Positions 62,408-64,000 of a stretch of 64,000 nucleotides of DNA are shown here, one piece after another (positions within the stretch are counted from its first letter, which is position 1; each line of letters begins with the position of its first letter). The stretch is from Batkoa obscura (lineage: Eukaryota). The DNA lies in NCBI GenBank assembly GCA_030770535.1, contig JASVEC010000012.1, forward strand, positions 1-64,000, in the 5' to 3' direction. The notes beneath the pieces are model-generated. The model worked only from the letters and a program-made list of their open reading frames with translations, was not told where the DNA came from and made no database searches. A program made the position numbers and the translations under genes.

Positions 62408-62510
62408 ATGGGGGTGTTTTTTTTGGTTTCATCACTTTTTCCATTTTTTAAGCGCTATTTAAGTGGGAAAACTGCTAGTAAAATTCTCAAACAAAAAAAT
62501 ACATCCCCTT
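62408..62510 (-). mobile_element. ~100 bp MITE, copy 10
   Basis: TA|TGGGGGTGTTTTTT...ATACATCCCC; reverse complement of the family core. Confidence 0.85.
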
Positions 62511-62779
62511 ATCTTGTTTTTAAATTTTGTATTTAATATATCTTTTATTCATTTAATTTAATGATAAATAATTTATTATATAAATTAATTTGACCTTTTT
62601 TATTATGGATGAAGTAAAATTTACAAATAAACAAAATTAAGATGCAAAAAGTAGATGATATTAATAGCTATTAATGAGTTAAGGGCTTATTTAAGCAACA
62701 GTACAAACAAGGGCATAGATACCAGATGCTACAAAAGCCTTTGATATCATTGATACTACTATATAATTCGAATATTAAA

Positions 62780-64000
62780 TTATTGTATTTTGATCCAATT
62801 TAGCATTGGAATATTAGCTAATGCATTGAAAGCGCTCATATTGGTATAAGATACGGCAGGAGTGGTGAGTAGCAAAGGGGTGTTTAGTTTAAAATCAATA
62901 GTTGTGTGTTTACTTATTAAATCAAAATCATTAATCTTAATTGCCTTAAGTTTTGGAAATAAAAATAAAAAGGAAATAAACTGCTCATATGAAGGATGGT
63001 AAAAATCAATTGTAATTTGTTTTATGAAGTTGCATTTATATAATTGAGACTCTGTTTTACAATTACCACTATTTCTTGAGCTAGGAATTTGAATAATGTC
63101 CTTATTATCAAAGTTTAAATAATTGATATGAATAGTTTGAATGTTGGATAGCATAAGGACTAATTTTAACTTTTCCATCGTTAATTCATTAAAACATACT
63201 TCTTTTAATGTTGGTAAATTGATTAAATGATATTTGGTTGAACTGATTATATCAAAATAGCCTAAACTGACTGTATTACCGCTTTCAATTAATTTTATAT
63301 TATTGTTAGTTGCATTAAATAAAGAACCCGAAGTATCTATTAATTTCGCACTTTTTAAATTACTCAAACTCCCAAGACAATTGATATTGAAATTTAAATA
63401 AAAGTCACCTTCAATTATTAATTCCAAATTTGAACTAAAATTTATATTATATTTATACTCCTTTGGTATAATAATATGTCTATTAAACCTCAAATGTAGC
63501 ACTTTTAAGTTACAAAATTTTGTTTTGATTGTAGCCAATCCATTAATATTTAAATACCCATCAGAGCACAATTTAAATATCTTTAATTTATTAGGATTTA
63601 AATATTTAACTATACTTTCTAAATCTCCACAATAACTATTAATTTCAATCATTTCAAGTCGGTATAAAGAAGTCTTAAATTGTTCAAATAGTTGACAGCA
63701 GTCATCATTACCTGATGTATTAACAATCATCTTCCTTAAGTTCACCAGGTTGATGTCCATTTTATTGTTTAATTTATCAACAGCATTCTTGTTAAATTTT
63801 GGTGTATTGTTACTATAGCTTAGAGTTAAGATGTTAGGACAATAACTTAAATATTCCACATTATCATCATTTATACTCAAATGTCTCATTATTAGTCCAT
63901 TTTTTTTAATAAAATCCTCTTGGTATTTATTATACTCCTTAATTTCATAATGACTATATATTGAATAAGTTAAATTGTATTTAATAGCATCGTTTATAGT
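62780..64000 (-). CDS. Leucine-rich-repeat (probably F-box/RNI-like) protein; 5' end lies beyond the window
   Basis: Frame is open from 64000 to the stop at 62780; repeated xPNL/xLKxLxL motifs (CPNILTL, CNLKVLHL, LSNLKSAKL, FPKLKAIKI). The F-box itself is not visible. Confidence 0.65.
   Translation of the reverse strand, partial: TINDAIKYNLTYSIYSHYEIKEYNKYQEDFIKKNGLIMRHLSINDDNVEYLSYCPNILTLSYSNNTPKFNKNAVDKLNNKMDINLVNLRKMIVNTSGNDDCCQLFEQFKTSLYRLEMIEINSYCGDLESIVKYLNPNKLKIFKLCSDGYLNINGLATIKTKFCNLKVLHLRFNRHIIIPKEYKYNINFSSNLELIIEGDFYLNFNINCLGSLSNLKSAKLIDTSGSLFNATNNNIKLIESGNTVSLGYFDIISSTKYHLINLPTLKEVCFNELTMEKLKLVLMLSNIQTIHINYLNFDNKDIIQIPSSRNSGNCKTESQLYKCNFIKQITIDFYHPSYEQFISFLFLFPKLKAIKINDFDLISKHTTIDFKLNTPLLLTTPAVSYTNMSAFNALANIPMLNWIKIQ

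Overview
Left end of a chromosome from a very AT-rich, intron-rich fungus. The gene content (chitin-synthase-activator-like Sel1 protein, DASH Ask1, SMN, SMG9, Lst2-like, LRR family) and ~45-100 nt GT-AG introns suggest an early-diverging lineage such as Entomophthoromycotina/Conidiobolus; this placement is inference only. The window opens with ~1.3 kb of (CCCTAA)n telomere whose inner part carries in-register variant hexamers. The telomere is joined base-precisely to the terminus of a TGTGAA...TTCACA element. A ~2.3 kb repeat-rich subtelomere follows, then ~33 densely packed protein genes, mostly housekeeping, which I spliced by hand. A ~100 bp mariner-like MITE occurs 10 times, and a nested transposon cluster lies at 52.3-54.5 kb. 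Most notable: the telomere-element junction, which creates an ATG-initiated Val-Arg repeat ORF on the TERRA strand; two antisense insertions of element A into element B; a subtelomeric fold-back palindrome; a triad-dead lipase; SMG9 and FYVE-less Lst2 homologues; a 4-nt micro-exon in SMN; TOP/TCT-like tracts at ribosomal protein genes; and divergent start codons only 62-183 bp apart. All family calls come from motif recognition, not database searches.
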